Source: an uncultured Muribaculaceae bacterium (GTDB taxonomy: Bacteria; Bacillota_I; Bacilli_A; RF39; UBA660). Taken from it: DNA of 64,000 nucleotides. Positions 38,097 through 49,115 of the stretch are shown here, piece after piece. The stretch's first letter is position 1. Each line of letters begins with the position of its first letter. The translations under genes and the position numbers were made by a program. The stretch is from contig CAYJJQ010000001.1 in assembly GCA_964370545.1 (NCBI GenBank), positions 133,560 to 197,559 of the forward strand, written 5' to 3'. The notes beneath the pieces were generated by a model. That model was not told the DNA's origin. It worked only from the letters and a program-made list of their open reading frames with translations, and searched no databases.

Positions 38097-38951
38097 ATGA
38101 AAGATAAACTAAGTTTAATTATAAAAGGCTTTCTTATTGGAACAGCTAATATAATACCAGGTTTAAGTGGTGGTACTTTAATGGTATTCTTAGGGGTATT
38201 TGAAGATATAATAAATATTATAAGTGACTTTTATAAAAATATAAAAAAGAATATAATATTTATTGCTATGTTAGGTATTGGAGTATTATTATCTTTTATA
38301 TTCATGACCAGAGCAATAAACTTTAGTTTAGACAATTATAGATTACCAACAATTCTTTTATTCTTAGGTTTAATTATAGGAGGGCTTCCTAAATTAGTAG
38401 AACCAATAAAAGGAAAAAGTAATAAATTTGGTAATATTATTTGGTTTTTAATAACATTTGCATTTGTTATAATCTTATCTTTTATTAATACAGGATTAAC
38501 AGAAGTCAGTTTTATTGATATGAATATTTTAGAATATGGTTTATTATTCTTAGCTGGAGTAGTTGCTTCTGCTGCAATGGTTATACCAGGTTTAAGTGGT
38601 TCTTTAATCTTACTTTTACTAGGATATCATCAACCTATATTAACTGTAATAGAAGAAATAACGGTATTTGAAAATGTATCAACAAATTTATCTGTTTTAG
38701 TAACCTTTGGTTTAGGAATATTAATTGGATTATTTTTAATTGCTAGAGTTATTAAATTCTTATTAAAAAAATATAAAGTTAAAACATATTTTGGTATTAT
38801 AGGATTCGTTATAGCATCATTAATATCATTATTTATAACAGGATATAATGATGGATATATATTTAGTGCAGGACATATAATAACGGCTATAGCGCTATTT
38901 ATTATAGGTGTTGTTCTTACATATGTAATAAGTAAAAAAGCAAGCGAATAG
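38097..38951 (+). CDS. DUF368-family membrane protein (family linked to undecaprenyl-phosphate recycling)
   Basis: Duplicated signature IGTANIIPGLSGGTLMV and AAMVIPGLSGSLILLLLG. About eight TM helices. Confidence 0.8.
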   Translation: MKDKLSLIIKGFLIGTANIIPGLSGGTLMVFLGVFEDIINIISDFYKNIKKNIIFIAMLGIGVLLSFIFMTRAINFSLDNYRLPTILLFLGLIIGGLPKLVEPIKGKSNKFGNIIWFLITFAFVIILSFINTGLTEVSFIDMNILEYGLLFLAGVVASAAMVIPGLSGSLILLLLGYHQPILTVIEEITVFENVSTNLSVLVTFGLGILIGLFLIARVIKFLLKKYKVKTYFGIIGFVIASLISLFITGYNDGYIFSAGHIITAIALFIIGVVLTYVISKKASE

Positions 38952-38977
38952 TTTGCTTTTTAAAAGTGGAGGTAATT

Positions 38978-40051
38978 TTGGATAAAGAAATTAAGATGAT
39001 ACTTCAAACTATTATTAATGAAGGTTTTGAAGCTTATATAGTTGGTGGTTATGTAAGAGATTATTTAATGGGTAATCAATCATATGATGTAGATATATGT
39101 ACTAATGCATTACCTAAAGATATACATAATTTATTTAAGCAAGGAAATCAAAATAAATATGGGGGAATTGATTTAAAGATTAAAAAATATAGTATAGATA
39201 TTACTACTTATAGAGAAGAAATAAAATATACAGATAGAAAATTAGTAAAACATAAATATATAAATAGTTTAATAGAAGATTTAAAAAGAAGAGATTATAC
39301 TATTAATACTTTATGCATGAATGTTGATGGTAAAATAATAGATTTACTAGATGGAAAAAAAGAAATAGAAAATAAAGAAATAAGAATAGTGGGTAATGCA
39401 GATATTAAATTTAATGAAGATCCTCTAAGAATATTGAGGGGAATTAGATTTGCAACAATACTAGGGTTTAACATAGAAAGTACTTTAAATGAAGCAATAA
39501 TTAAAAATGCTGGATTAGTTAAGTATATTTCAATAACTAAAGTTAGAAGTGAATTAAATAAAATATTATTAAGTAAAAATTATGAAATAGGATTACAACT
39601 TTTAAAAAAGTATGAAATAAATAAACATCTTAATCTAGAGTATAAAGAAATTAAATATAGTTCTGATTTATTAGTTATGTGGAGTCAAATAAAATGTAAT
39701 GAGAAGTTATTTACAAAAAATGAATTAAAGAATATAATAGATTTACGTGCAATTCTAGAAAATAAAATTATTGATTATAAGGTTATTTATAAATATGGTT
39801 TATATATGAGTATGGCAGCAGGAGAAATACTAGGATATAGTAAAAAAGATATTGATGAAATGTATAAAAATATGCAAATAAATGATATTAAACCGCTTGC
39901 TTTATCATCATTAGAAATAATAACTATTTTAAAAGTACCTCCGGGAGCTATTATAAAAAAAATAAAAGAAGAAATAATTAATTTAGTACTAGAAAATAAA
40001 TTAAATAATAATAAAGAAGAAATAATAAAATATTTAAAAGAAAGAAAGTGA
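38978..40051 (+). CDS. cca: CCA-adding enzyme / tRNA nucleotidyltransferase family protein
   Basis: GGYVRDYLMGNQSYDVDICT (GG...DxD), RRDYTINTL and EDPLRILRGIRF. Start is uncertain: TTG at 38978 follows gtggagg, and GTG at 38966 is also open. Ends in a TGA that overlaps the dnaD GTG. Confidence 0.85.
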   Translation: MDKEIKMILQTIINEGFEAYIVGGYVRDYLMGNQSYDVDICTNALPKDIHNLFKQGNQNKYGGIDLKIKKYSIDITTYREEIKYTDRKLVKHKYINSLIEDLKRRDYTINTLCMNVDGKIIDLLDGKKEIENKEIRIVGNADIKFNEDPLRILRGIRFATILGFNIESTLNEAIIKNAGLVKYISITKVRSELNKILLSKNYEIGLQLLKKYEINKHLNLEYKEIKYSSDLLVMWSQIKCNEKLFTKNELKNIIDLRAILENKIIDYKVIYKYGLYMSMAAGEILGYSKKDIDEMYKNMQINDIKPLALSSLEIITILKVPPGAIIKKIKEEIINLVLENKLNNNKEEIIKYLKERK

Positions 40052-40677
40052 TAGAAGTGAATAAAAGTAATAAAAATTTTGTTATAAGTACAGCATTTGT
40101 AGATGAAGTTATAAAAAGAAATTTATCTATAAATGAATTTTTACTTCTAATGTTTTTTGATAATGATTATGAACCTTTTTTTGATGTAGAATTAATAAAT
40201 AAATTTACTAAAATGAAAGAAGAAGATATAATGATGGCTTTTGCATCATTGCTTGAAAAAAATATAATTAAAGTAGAGACTGGCAAAAATTCTCATAATA
40301 AAGTAGTAGAAAAAATTGATTTAGATAATTTTTATAATAATTATGAAAAAGAAGTTAAAAATGAAAGAGTGTCTAAAATTAAAGAAGATGTATATACTAG
40401 TTTTGAAAAAGCCTTTGGAAGAACATTATCTCCAATGGATTATAATTTAATAAATGATTGGGTAGGAAGTGGCATAGACGAAGAAGTCATTTTAAGGGCT
40501 CTTAAAGAGGCTTCAATAAGCGGAACATCTTCTATGAGGTATATTGATAAAATACTCTTTGATTGGGGTAAAAAAGGCATTAAAAAGAAAGAGGACATAA
40601 AAGATGCTCCAATTAATGTAGAAGATAAATTAGCAGAAACAACATTATTAAAATTTAATTGGCTAGATAATGAATAA
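40048..40677 (+). CDS. dnaD: DnaD-domain replication initiation protein
   Basis: C-terminal DnaD domain FEKAFGRTLSPMDYNLINDWV...MRYIDKILFDWGKKGI. dnaD-nth adjacency as in B. subtilis. Confidence 0.85.
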   Translation: MIEVNKSNKNFVISTAFVDEVIKRNLSINEFLLLMFFDNDYEPFFDVELINKFTKMKEEDIMMAFASLLEKNIIKVETGKNSHNKVVEKIDLDNFYNNYEKEVKNERVSKIKEDVYTSFEKAFGRTLSPMDYNLINDWVGSGIDEEVILRALKEASISGTSSMRYIDKILFDWGKKGIKKKEDIKDAPINVEDKLAETTLLKFNWLDNE

Positions 40678-41275
40678 TATTATTGAAAAATTAGATATTA
40701 TGATTCCTAATCCTGTGTGTGAACTTGATTATAACAAAGATTATGAATTATTAATAGCTACAATGTTAAGTGCTCAATCAACTGATAAAAGAGTTAATAT
40801 TGTTACTAAAAAGTTATTTAAATATACTTTAGAAGAACTAAGTAATTTAGATAATGTAGTGATAGAAAATATAATTAAGCCTGTAGGTTCTTTTAGAAAG
40901 AAAACTATTTATATTAAAGGTATAGCTACAAGTTTAATTAAAGATTATAATGGAATTGTGCCTCTAAATAGAGAATACTTAGAATCTTTACCAGGAGTAG
41001 GTAGAAAGACTACTAATGTTGTATTATCAAACCTTTATAATATACCTACTATTGCAGTAGATACACATGTAATAAGAGTTTCTAATAGGCTTAAATTAGT
41101 TAATACAGATGATGTAGTTAAAATAGAAAAAAAATTAACTAAAACTATTCCTAAAGATAAATGGAATAGGGTAAATGATCAATTAATATTATTTGGAAGA
41201 TATATATGTAAAGCAAAAAAACCTGAATGTACTAATTGTGAATTTAAAAATAATTGTAATAAAAAACTTGATTAA
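40670..41275 (+). CDS. nth: endonuclease III
   Basis: HhH-GPD motif LPGVGRKTTNVVL, catalytic region VDTHVIRVSNRL, and Fe-S motif CKAKKPECTNCEFKNNC. Confidence 0.9.
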   Translation: MNNIIEKLDIMIPNPVCELDYNKDYELLIATMLSAQSTDKRVNIVTKKLFKYTLEELSNLDNVVIENIIKPVGSFRKKTIYIKGIATSLIKDYNGIVPLNREYLESLPGVGRKTTNVVLSNLYNIPTIAVDTHVIRVSNRLKLVNTDDVVKIEKKLTKTIPKDKWNRVNDQLILFGRYICKAKKPECTNCEFKNNCNKKLD

Positions 41276-41290
41276 ATAATCAAGTTTTTA

Positions 41291-43834
41291 TTATGGTTCT
41301 ACTAAATCCTCAGTATTGCTATCAATAGAAGTAGAAACTGTTAGATTCACTCCTGTACTAGCATTAGTTTTAAATATTGAGTAAGAAGTTTTAATTACAA
41401 ATTTATATTCGGTTCCTATAGTAGGTGGTAAATAATTTACACTATTACCTGTAACAGATGCTACAAGTTCTAAGCTTCCATTATTATCTAAATATACATC
41501 ATACATTAAGTTTCCAATATAAGTTTGATTATATAATAATCTTTCTTCATAATATTTAACTGCTGAATCTTCATAATAAGTATTAAAGTGTTCAGTTAAA
41601 TATGTAGGATTAATTGCATCTGGTATTGCAGTAGGATCCCAAGTTAAAGTTATTTGAGTTCCATCAAAAGAAGCTGATGTATTAGTAACATTACTAAGTG
41701 CAGAGTATCTAGTAGATACTTCTGTTGGTTCAGTACCTCTTTTAAATATTTCCGTCATTTTCATATTTTCAGGTGTATAAGGACTTGCTAATTGTAATGG
41801 GAAAGTATATTTTTCCACGGTTGCATAAGTAACCCCGCTAGGAGCACTAAATCTTTGATTAGTACTATATATTCTAGTACCTATAGCTTTACTAATTGCA
41901 TTTCTAATTGAAGAGGCCTGACTTTGTGTAAAGTAACCCTCAGATTTTGTTTCGTGAAACTCATTGGATAATTTATCATAACCTATCCATATACCCGTTG
42001 AATATTCTGGATTAAAATGTACTACCCAAGAGTCCATAATTGAATTTGAATTTATTCCTAATTCATCTTTTACATCTTCATCTATACTTGATGTACCAGT
42101 TTTTGCTCCTACATCAGTACCACTTATACTAAATGCTTCTGCCTCAGAAGTTAAAAGAGCATCAGTTATTAAATAGGCTGTTTCTTCACTCATTACTTTT
42201 TCAAGAGTATAATTATATTCATATTCTTCACCAGATTCTATAAATACTATTTTAGTTACAGAATAAGGTTCAATATAATATCCTCCTCTAGCAAAGGCTG
42301 CATATGCAGCACTCATTTCAAGTGGGCTTGCATAAATACCAGCTCCTATAGCTGCAGATTCGTATAATGAAGCTCCATAATCTATTCCTAAGCTATTAGC
42401 AAAATTCCCAATTGCATTAGGATCGTAAGCCATTACTGCATGAAATGCTTTTAATGCAGTTACGTTTCTTGAATCTGCTACTGCATCTCTTATAGTCATT
42501 AATCCTTTATACTCACGATCATAATTACGAAGTGGTTGACCACTTGAATAAGTGTAAGGTTCATCTAAAAAGTATGTTCCTGGTGAACCATCTAAATATT
42601 CTATATAAGGCGCATAATCAAATATTAGTTTTGCTGTTGAACCTGGTTGACGTCTTGTTATAGCTCTATTTGTACCTTTAGCAGCATAATTAATACCCCC
42701 AGATAGGGCAGTGATACCACCATTTTCAGTATTAGTAATTGCTAAACCAAATTGTAAGTTACCTCTAGCTTCTGGTATAGAATATATTTCCCCAGTTTCT
42801 AAAGAATGTAAAGTTTGTTGAATCTCAGGATCTAAAGTTGTATATATTTCCATTGGAGTAGTATAAGGATTTAATCCAGTTTTTTCTTCTGTTTCATCTA
42901 AAACATAATCTATTGAAGCTTGAAGATAATTTGTAGAATCAAATTCATAAGGAGTTAATATATCTTCTAAAGGTATAGCAATGGCATTATCTCTTTCTTC
43001 ATCAGTTATATAACCATGTCTTACCATTAAATTAAGAACAGTTTCTTGTCTTGCTTTGGCATTTTCTGGAAAGTTATATGGATTTAAACTATATGGATTT
43101 TGAAACATTCCCGCTAATAGGGAAGCTTCAGATAAAGAAAGCATTGATACGCTTTTTCCAAAGAAATATTGGCTAGCTTGTTCAACTCCTGTTATACCCG
43201 TATAGTTTTTATTTCCATCATGACCAAGCCACTGACTATTAACATAAAACTCAATAATTTCTTCTTTTGTATATGCATTTTCAAGTTTGAAAATAGACAT
43301 ATATACATCTGTGAATTTTCTAGCTATACCACTAAAACCAGTTGTAGCTTGAGCATCAGTATAAGTATTTTTTATTACCTGCATTGATAAAGTAGAAGCT
43401 CCACCAGCATCATCATTTCCTAATAACGTACCTACTGCAGCAACTACAAAACGAGGAGCGTCAAGTCCTGTATGTTGAAAAAACCTTGAATCTTCTGTTG
43501 CTATAATTGCATCAATTAATACCTGAGGCAACTGTTCATATGTAACAAGTTCTACATTATTAGAACCAACTCTAACAAGTTCATTTCCATTTACGTCATA
43601 TATAATTGTTGCTTCACGTTCATATAATAATTCTTGTTCGAAGTTAGGAGCAGTTAATATAATATATAGAGCAAATACTAAAGCTAGTGTAGCTCCAATT
43701 ATACCAAGTCCTAGAATTGAATATAAAATAGTTCTACCAACAGATAAGTTTCTAAATGGCTTAAACTTAAATTTAGTTTTAGGTTTAGTCTTGCCTTTAG
43801 TTGGCATGCTTTTTTTAGTTTTTATTTTTTTCAT
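41291..43834 (-). CDS. ponA: bifunctional class A penicillin-binding protein 1A (glycosyltransferase 51 + transpeptidase)
   Basis: GT51 motifs EDSRFFQHTGLD and GGSTLSMQ. Transpeptidase motifs SxxK (GSTAK) and KTGT. C-terminal beta-rich extension. Overlaps the recU stop. Confidence 0.9.
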   Translation of the reverse strand: MKKIKTKKSMPTKGKTKPKTKFKFKPFRNLSVGRTILYSILGLGIIGATLALVFALYIILTAPNFEQELLYEREATIIYDVNGNELVRVGSNNVELVTYEQLPQVLIDAIIATEDSRFFQHTGLDAPRFVVAAVGTLLGNDDAGGASTLSMQVIKNTYTDAQATTGFSGIARKFTDVYMSIFKLENAYTKEEIIEFYVNSQWLGHDGNKNYTGITGVEQASQYFFGKSVSMLSLSEASLLAGMFQNPYSLNPYNFPENAKARQETVLNLMVRHGYITDEERDNAIAIPLEDILTPYEFDSTNYLQASIDYVLDETEEKTGLNPYTTPMEIYTTLDPEIQQTLHSLETGEIYSIPEARGNLQFGLAITNTENGGITALSGGINYAAKGTNRAITRRQPGSTAKLIFDYAPYIEYLDGSPGTYFLDEPYTYSSGQPLRNYDREYKGLMTIRDAVADSRNVTALKAFHAVMAYDPNAIGNFANSLGIDYGASLYESAAIGAGIYASPLEMSAAYAAFARGGYYIEPYSVTKIVFIESGEEYEYNYTLEKVMSEETAYLITDALLTSEAEAFSISGTDVGAKTGTSSIDEDVKDELGINSNSIMDSWVVHFNPEYSTGIWIGYDKLSNEFHETKSEGYFTQSQASSIRNAISKAIGTRIYSTNQRFSAPSGVTYATVEKYTFPLQLASPYTPENMKMTEIFKRGTEPTEVSTRYSALSNVTNTSASFDGTQITLTWDPTAIPDAINPTYLTEHFNTYYEDSAVKYYEERLLYNQTYIGNLMYDVYLDNNGSLELVASVTGNSVNYLPPTIGTEYKFVIKTSYSIFKTNASTGVNLTVSTSIDSNTEDLVEP

Positions 43835-44379
43835 AATTCCTCCATTATATTATCAATTACTTTTATATAATCTAATCCTCTTAGGTAATTATATTTTAGT
43901 AAGAATCCTTTTTCTTTAATAAAATCATATGGCATATTTTTAATATCATTAGAATCAATATAATCTATAATAGTTAATCCATTAAGTAAATAATATTCAT
44001 TATTAATTGCAATTATAAGAAATGAAATACCATGTTGTTTAATTACATTTCTAATATGATTAATTTGATGATCATGTATATTAGATAAGGGAAAATAATT
44101 TTTAAGTTTTGTTTCCTTTGCATCAAATTCTATATATTTACCTTTATATAAACCACTATAATCTAAAGTAGAAGGCTCTTTAAAAAATGCATCTACTATT
44201 TTTTTGTTTTGAACTTTAACTACTTGAATAGGAGTAGGTTTTTTATAAATTAACGCTATATCATTATCTAAATAATACTGATTAGCATCATTAATAATAT
44301 TTTCTAAGCTCATTCCTCTATTAGAATGGGTTATAACTTTTTTAAATTCTTTTTTTATATTATTCGGATATTTCACCAT
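43831..44379 (-). CDS. recU: Holliday junction resolvase RecU
   Basis: 182 aa with GMSLENIINDANQYY, IYKKPTPIQVV and YIEFDAKET. recU-ponA operon as in Bacillus. Confidence 0.85.
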   Translation of the reverse strand: MVKYPNNIKKEFKKVITHSNRGMSLENIINDANQYYLDNDIALIYKKPTPIQVVKVQNKKIVDAFFKEPSTLDYSGLYKGKYIEFDAKETKLKNYFPLSNIHDHQINHIRNVIKQHGISFLIIAINNEYYLLNGLTIIDYIDSNDIKNMPYDFIKEKGFLLKYNYLRGLDYIKVIDNIMEEL

Positions 44380-44508
44380 ATCACCTATATATAATTATAA
44401 CATATTTTTAATAAATAGTCACAAACATTTTAATTACATTTAATGTAAAATAATGTCGAAAAAATCAATTTTAATAATTTTTATAGTAATATATATTTGG
44501 AGGAAATA

Positions 44509-44592
44509 ATGAGAATAGATTATTATCTTAATTTAATAGAAGATAAAGTTAGAGAATCGGAAATAAAAATTTTTAATCTTGGTGAAGATTAA
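44509..44592 (+). CDS. possible small ORF (27 aa) upstream of the ABC/arc operon
   Basis: ATG preceded by ggagg at optimal spacing. Encodes MRIDYYLNLIEDKVRESEIKIFNLGED. No similarity recognised, so it could be fortuitous. Confidence 0.3.
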   Translation: MRIDYYLNLIEDKVRESEIKIFNLGED

Positions 44593-44667
44593 ATTTTTTT
44601 TTAAATTAAAATTATTTTCTTGTCAAAAAAAGAAGATATATGTTATATTTATAATAGGAGATATATT

Positions 44668-45399
44668 ATGATAACAAAATTAGTTAAAATATTAAGTGTA
44701 ATGAGCATCATAGTATTACTGACAGGATGTGGTAATGATGATCAAAATCAGTTGGTAATGGCCACTGAAGCAGGTTTTGCACCTTTTGAATTTTATGAAA
44801 ATGGTGAAATAGTAGGTGTAGATATTGAAATTGCAAAAGAAATTGCAAATGCATTAGATTTAACCCTTGTGGTAAAAGATGTTGCGTTCGATAATTTGAT
44901 AAATGAATTGAATAGTGGGAAAGCAGATTTTATAGCGGCAGGAATGAGCATTAATGAAGATAGGGCTAAAGAAGTAGATTTTACTATTGAATATATAACT
45001 TCCAATCAAGTAGTTATTGTAAATAAAAATTCCAACATAAAAAATCTTGATGACATTCAAAATAAAAAAATAGGAACCCAACTTGGAAGCACTGCTGATA
45101 TGTATGTAACAGACAATTATAAAAATGCAAATCATACAACATATAAAAAATACAGCGTTGCAGTTGAAGAAATAAAAACTGGTAAAATTGACTTAATTAT
45201 TATGGATTCTCTTCCAGCTAAAGAATTAGTAAAAAACAATCCGGAATTAGTAATTTTAGATGATGTTTTATTTACAGATAAATACGGAATGGCTGTAAAA
45301 AAAGGCAATGATGAATTACTAGTTGAAATAAATAAAGTGTTAGAAAGACTAATTGAAGAAAATAAAATAGAAGAATATATAATTAAGTATTCAGAGTAG
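44668..45399 (+). CDS. amino-acid ABC transporter substrate-binding lipoprotein
   Basis: Lipobox LLTGC. Family-3 SBP blocks ATEAGFAPFEF, KADFIAAGMSI and GTQLGST. ATG at 44668 follows aggag. Confidence 0.85.
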   Translation: MITKLVKILSVMSIIVLLTGCGNDDQNQLVMATEAGFAPFEFYENGEIVGVDIEIAKEIANALDLTLVVKDVAFDNLINELNSGKADFIAAGMSINEDRAKEVDFTIEYITSNQVVIVNKNSNIKNLDDIQNKKIGTQLGSTADMYVTDNYKNANHTTYKKYSVAVEEIKTGKIDLIIMDSLPAKELVKNNPELVILDDVLFTDKYGMAVKKGNDELLVEINKVLERLIEENKIEEYIIKYSE

Positions 45400-45408
45400 G
45401 TTGGATTT

Positions 45409-46104
45409 ATGAATGACATATTTAATAATTTTATAGACGATTTCACAAAATCATTTATAAGTGATAATAGATATACATATATACTAGAAGGTGTTAAAAA
45501 TACACTAGTTATTTATTTGTTTGCGCTTATAATTGGTTTTTTCATTGGTTTAATTATAGTTAATATAAAAATGTACCACAATGAAACAAAAAAATTAAAA
45601 ATATTAAATTTTATAAGCAATCTATATATATCAATAATAAGAGGAACTCCTATACTTCTTCAATTGATGATTATATATTACATTATATTTAGAAGTATTG
45701 ATATTAACATTATATTGGTAGGAATAATAGCTTTTGGAATAAATTCGGGAGCGTATATTGCAGAAATTTTAAGAGCAGGCTTTGAATCAGTGGAGCAAGG
45801 ACAAAAAGAAAGTGCTTATGCACTCGGATTAAATTATTTTCAGACTATGAAAAATATCATAATACCTCAAGGTCTTAGGAATGCGCTTCCAACACTTGGC
45901 AACGAAGCAATAACTTTGATTAAAGAAACAAGTGTAGCAGGATTTATAGGAATAATAGATTTAACTAAAGCTTCAGATATTATTGCATCAAGAACATATG
46001 ATTACTTTTTTCCACTAACTATGATAGCACTTATTTACTTATTACTTACATATATTATCTCGAAAATAGTTAAATTCATAGAAAAGAGAGTTACAATATG
46101 TTAA
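45409..46104 (+). CDS. amino-acid ABC transporter permease (HisM/GlnP family)
   Basis: EAA-loop region QKESAYALGLNYFQTMKNIIIPQGLRNALP. Five or six TM helices. Confidence 0.9.
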   Translation: MNDIFNNFIDDFTKSFISDNRYTYILEGVKNTLVIYLFALIIGFFIGLIIVNIKMYHNETKKLKILNFISNLYISIIRGTPILLQLMIIYYIIFRSIDINIILVGIIAFGINSGAYIAEILRAGFESVEQGQKESAYALGLNYFQTMKNIIIPQGLRNALPTLGNEAITLIKETSVAGFIGIIDLTKASDIIASRTYDYFFPLTMIALIYLLLTYIISKIVKFIEKRVTIC

Positions 46105-46808
46105 AAATAGAAAATTTAAATAAATCATTTGGCAATAAAGAAGTATTAAAAAATATAAATTTTAATCTAGAAAAAGGCGAAAGAGTAGTAATACTAGGAG
46201 AAAGTGGTAGTGGTAAATCTACTATACTTAGATGTATTAATAAACTAGAAGAAAAAACTAGCGGAGCTATATATTTTAATAATGAATTAATAACTGATAA
46301 AAATATTTTGAAAGTAAGATCAAAAATCAACATGGTGTTTCAGTCCTATAATCTTTTCAATAATTTAACAATTTTAGAAAATATTATTTTAGCCCCTGTG
46401 AAATTAAAAATGTTATCTGAAATAAAGGCAATTAAGGAAGCAGAAAAATTATTGGATAAATTTAATTTATCTGAGAAAATTAATGATTATCCAAAACAAT
46501 TATCTGGTGGGCAAAAACAGCGGGTTGCAATAATCAGAGCATTGATTATGAATCCAGAATATATATTATTTGATGAACCTACTAGTGCACTTGATCCTAA
46601 GATGATTGATGAAGTAGTTGAAATATTTAGAGAATTAAAAAAAGAAAATATTGGAATGATTGTAGTAACGCATGAACTTAAATTCGCTCGTGAAATAGCC
46701 GATAGAGTTTTATTTATTCACAAAGGAAAAATCATTGAAGATGGACCAAAAGAAGAGATATTTTACAAACCAAAAACTAGGGAGTTAAAGGAGTTTTTAA
46801 GTCCTTAA
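46098..46808 (+). CDS. amino-acid ABC transporter ATP-binding protein (GlnQ-like)
   Basis: Walker A GESGSGKST, signature LSGGQKQRVAI, Walker B ILFDEPTSALD, H-loop VTHE. Confidence 0.9.
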   Translation: MLKIENLNKSFGNKEVLKNINFNLEKGERVVILGESGSGKSTILRCINKLEEKTSGAIYFNNELITDKNILKVRSKINMVFQSYNLFNNLTILENIILAPVKLKMLSEIKAIKEAEKLLDKFNLSEKINDYPKQLSGGQKQRVAIIRALIMNPEYILFDEPTSALDPKMIDEVVEIFRELKKENIGMIVVTHELKFAREIADRVLFIHKGKIIEDGPKEEIFYKPKTRELKEFLSP

Positions 46809-46865
46809 AATCATACTTGAGTTATAGTTCTCATTAAAAAACTAAATCTTAAAGAAGGAGGAGAA

Positions 46866-48113
46866 ATGGAAAGTAAAATTAATGTTAAGAGTGAAATTAT
46901 GCCACTTAAAAGAGTATTGTTGCATAAACCTGGAAAAGAGTTGTTAAATTTAACTCCAGATACACTTGAAAGATTATTATTTGATGATATACCTTTTTTA
47001 AAAGTAGCAATTGAAGAACATAATGCTTTTGCTAAGATATTATCAGATAATGGTGTTGAAATAGTTTATCTTGAAGATTTAATGACTGAAACTTTAAATT
47101 ATGATAACAGTTTAAAAGAAAAGTTTATCAACCAGTATATTGATGAAGCTGGACTTAAAACTAAAAAATATAAAATTTTAGTTTCAGAGTTTTTACACAA
47201 TATCAAAGATACTAAAGAGTTAGTTTTAAAAACTATGGAAGGTATTCAAATTAATGAACTTAACCATAGCAAATTAGAACAAGAAAAATCTCTTGTTGAT
47301 TTAATTCGTGAAGATGGCGATTTTGTTGCTGATCCGATGCCGAATTTATATTTTACAAGAGACAATTTTGCTAGTATAGGCAATGGAATTAGTTTAAACA
47401 AAATGTATTCAGTAACTAGAAATAGAGAAACAATTTATGCTCAATATATTTTTGAATATCACCCAGAATATGGATTAAAAGTTCCTAAATATTATAATCG
47501 TAATTATGATTATAGTATTGAAGGTGGCGACATATTAGTTTTAAGCGAATCTATTATAGCAGTAGGCATATCACAAAGAACAAAAGCAGAAGCAATTGAT
47601 GAACTGGCAAGAAATCTTTTTGAAGATCCAACAAGTAAAATTACTACTGTTCTTGCATTTAACATACCAAACACAAGAGCATTTATGCATTTAGATACTG
47701 TATTTACCCAAATAGATTATGATAAGTTTACTTATCATCCTGGTATTATGGAAACACTGCAAGTATTTGAAATTACTGAAGGAAATGACCCTAACAGTAG
47801 AGATGACTTAAATGTTGTTGAAATTAAAGATTCTTTAGAAAATATTTTAGAAAAATATTTAAATAAAGATATTACTTTAATACCTTGTGCTGGTGGTGAT
47901 GTTGTTGGTAGTCAACGTGAACAATGGAATGATGGATCTAATACCTTATGTATTGCACCAGGAGTTGTAATTGTTTATGAAAGAAATGATGTTACAAATG
48001 AAGTTTTACGTGCAAATGGTATAAAGGTACTTGAAATGCCAAGTGCTGAATTATCACGAGGACGTGGCGGACCACGATGTATGAGTATGCCACTTTATAG
48101 AGAGGACAATTAA
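46866..48113 (+). CDS. arcA: arginine deiminase
   Basis: 415 aa with FTRDNFASIG, IEGGDILV, HLDTVFT and the catalytic Cys region GGPRCMSMPL. Confidence 0.95.
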   Translation: MESKINVKSEIMPLKRVLLHKPGKELLNLTPDTLERLLFDDIPFLKVAIEEHNAFAKILSDNGVEIVYLEDLMTETLNYDNSLKEKFINQYIDEAGLKTKKYKILVSEFLHNIKDTKELVLKTMEGIQINELNHSKLEQEKSLVDLIREDGDFVADPMPNLYFTRDNFASIGNGISLNKMYSVTRNRETIYAQYIFEYHPEYGLKVPKYYNRNYDYSIEGGDILVLSESIIAVGISQRTKAEAIDELARNLFEDPTSKITTVLAFNIPNTRAFMHLDTVFTQIDYDKFTYHPGIMETLQVFEITEGNDPNSRDDLNVVEIKDSLENILEKYLNKDITLIPCAGGDVVGSQREQWNDGSNTLCIAPGVVIVYERNDVTNEVLRANGIKVLEMPSAELSRGRGGPRCMSMPLYREDN

Positions 48114-49100
48114 ATGAATTTAAAAGGAAAAGATTTTTTAAAAGTATTAGATTTTTCCAAAGAAGAAATAATATATTTAATAAATTTATCTAAAAAATTA
48201 AAAAAAATGAAAAAAAATGGGAAGCCTCATGAATATTTAAAGGGCAAAAATGTTGCCCTTATATTTGAAAAAGATTCAACTAGAACGAGATGTGCATTTG
48301 AAGTAGCTGCATCTGATCTTGGAATGGGATCAACATATTTAGGACCAACAGGTTCTCAAATGGGTAAAAAAGAAAGTATTGCAGATACGGCAAAAGTCTT
48401 ATCTAGAATGTATGATGGTATTGAATATCGTGGGTTTGGTCAAGAAGTGGTTGAGGAATTAGCTCTTCATTCAAATGTTCCGGTATGGAATGGTTTAACA
48501 AATGAATACCATCCAACTCAAATGTTAGCAGATATGCTTACTGTTGAGGAAAATTTTAATAAATTAGAGGGATTAAATTTTTCGTTTTTTGGAGATGCAA
48601 GAAATAATATGGGTAATTCACTTATGATTATTTCGTCTAAATTAGGACTTAATTTTACGGCATGTGCACCTAAAAGTTTATGGCCTAACGAAGATTTGAT
48701 TAAAATATGTGAGGACATATGCAAAACATCTGGTGGAACTTTAAAATTTACGGAAGATATTTTAGAAGGATCGAAAGATGCTGATGTAATATGCACAGAC
48801 GTATGGGTATCAATGGGAGAACCAGAGGAAGTTTGGAGTGATAGAATAGAGTTATTAAAAAATTATCAAGTTAATAATAACATTATGAATAATGCTAAAA
48901 GTAATGCTATATTCTTACATTGTTTACCAGCTTTTCATGATACAAATACAAAAATTGGAAAAGAGATAGGAGAAAAATTCGCTCTTACTTCTATGGAAGT
49001 AACTGATGAAGTATTCCTGTCAAGCAAATCTAAAGTATTTGACGAAGCAGAAAATAGATTACATACTATTAAAGCTGTTATGTTGGCTACTTTAAAATAA
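48114..49100 (+). CDS. arcB: ornithine carbamoyltransferase (catabolic context)
   Basis: [24 protein letters not shown] and HCLPAFH motifs. Starts 1 nt after the arcA stop. Confidence 0.95.
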   Translation: MNLKGKDFLKVLDFSKEEIIYLINLSKKLKKMKKNGKPHEYLKGKNVALIFEKDSTRTRCAFEVAASDLGMGSTYLGPTGSQMGKKESIADTAKVLSRMYDGIEYRGFGQEVVEELALHSNVPVWNGLTNEYHPTQMLADMLTVEENFNKLEGLNFSFFGDARNNMGNSLMIISSKLGLNFTACAPKSLWPNEDLIKICEDICKTSGGTLKFTEDILEGSKDADVICTDVWVSMGEPEEVWSDRIELLKNYQVNNNIMNNAKSNAIFLHCLPAFHDTNTKIGKEIGEKFALTSMEVTDEVFLSSKSKVFDEAENRLHTIKAVMLATLK

Positions 49101-49115
49101 AAAAGGAGTGAGTTT

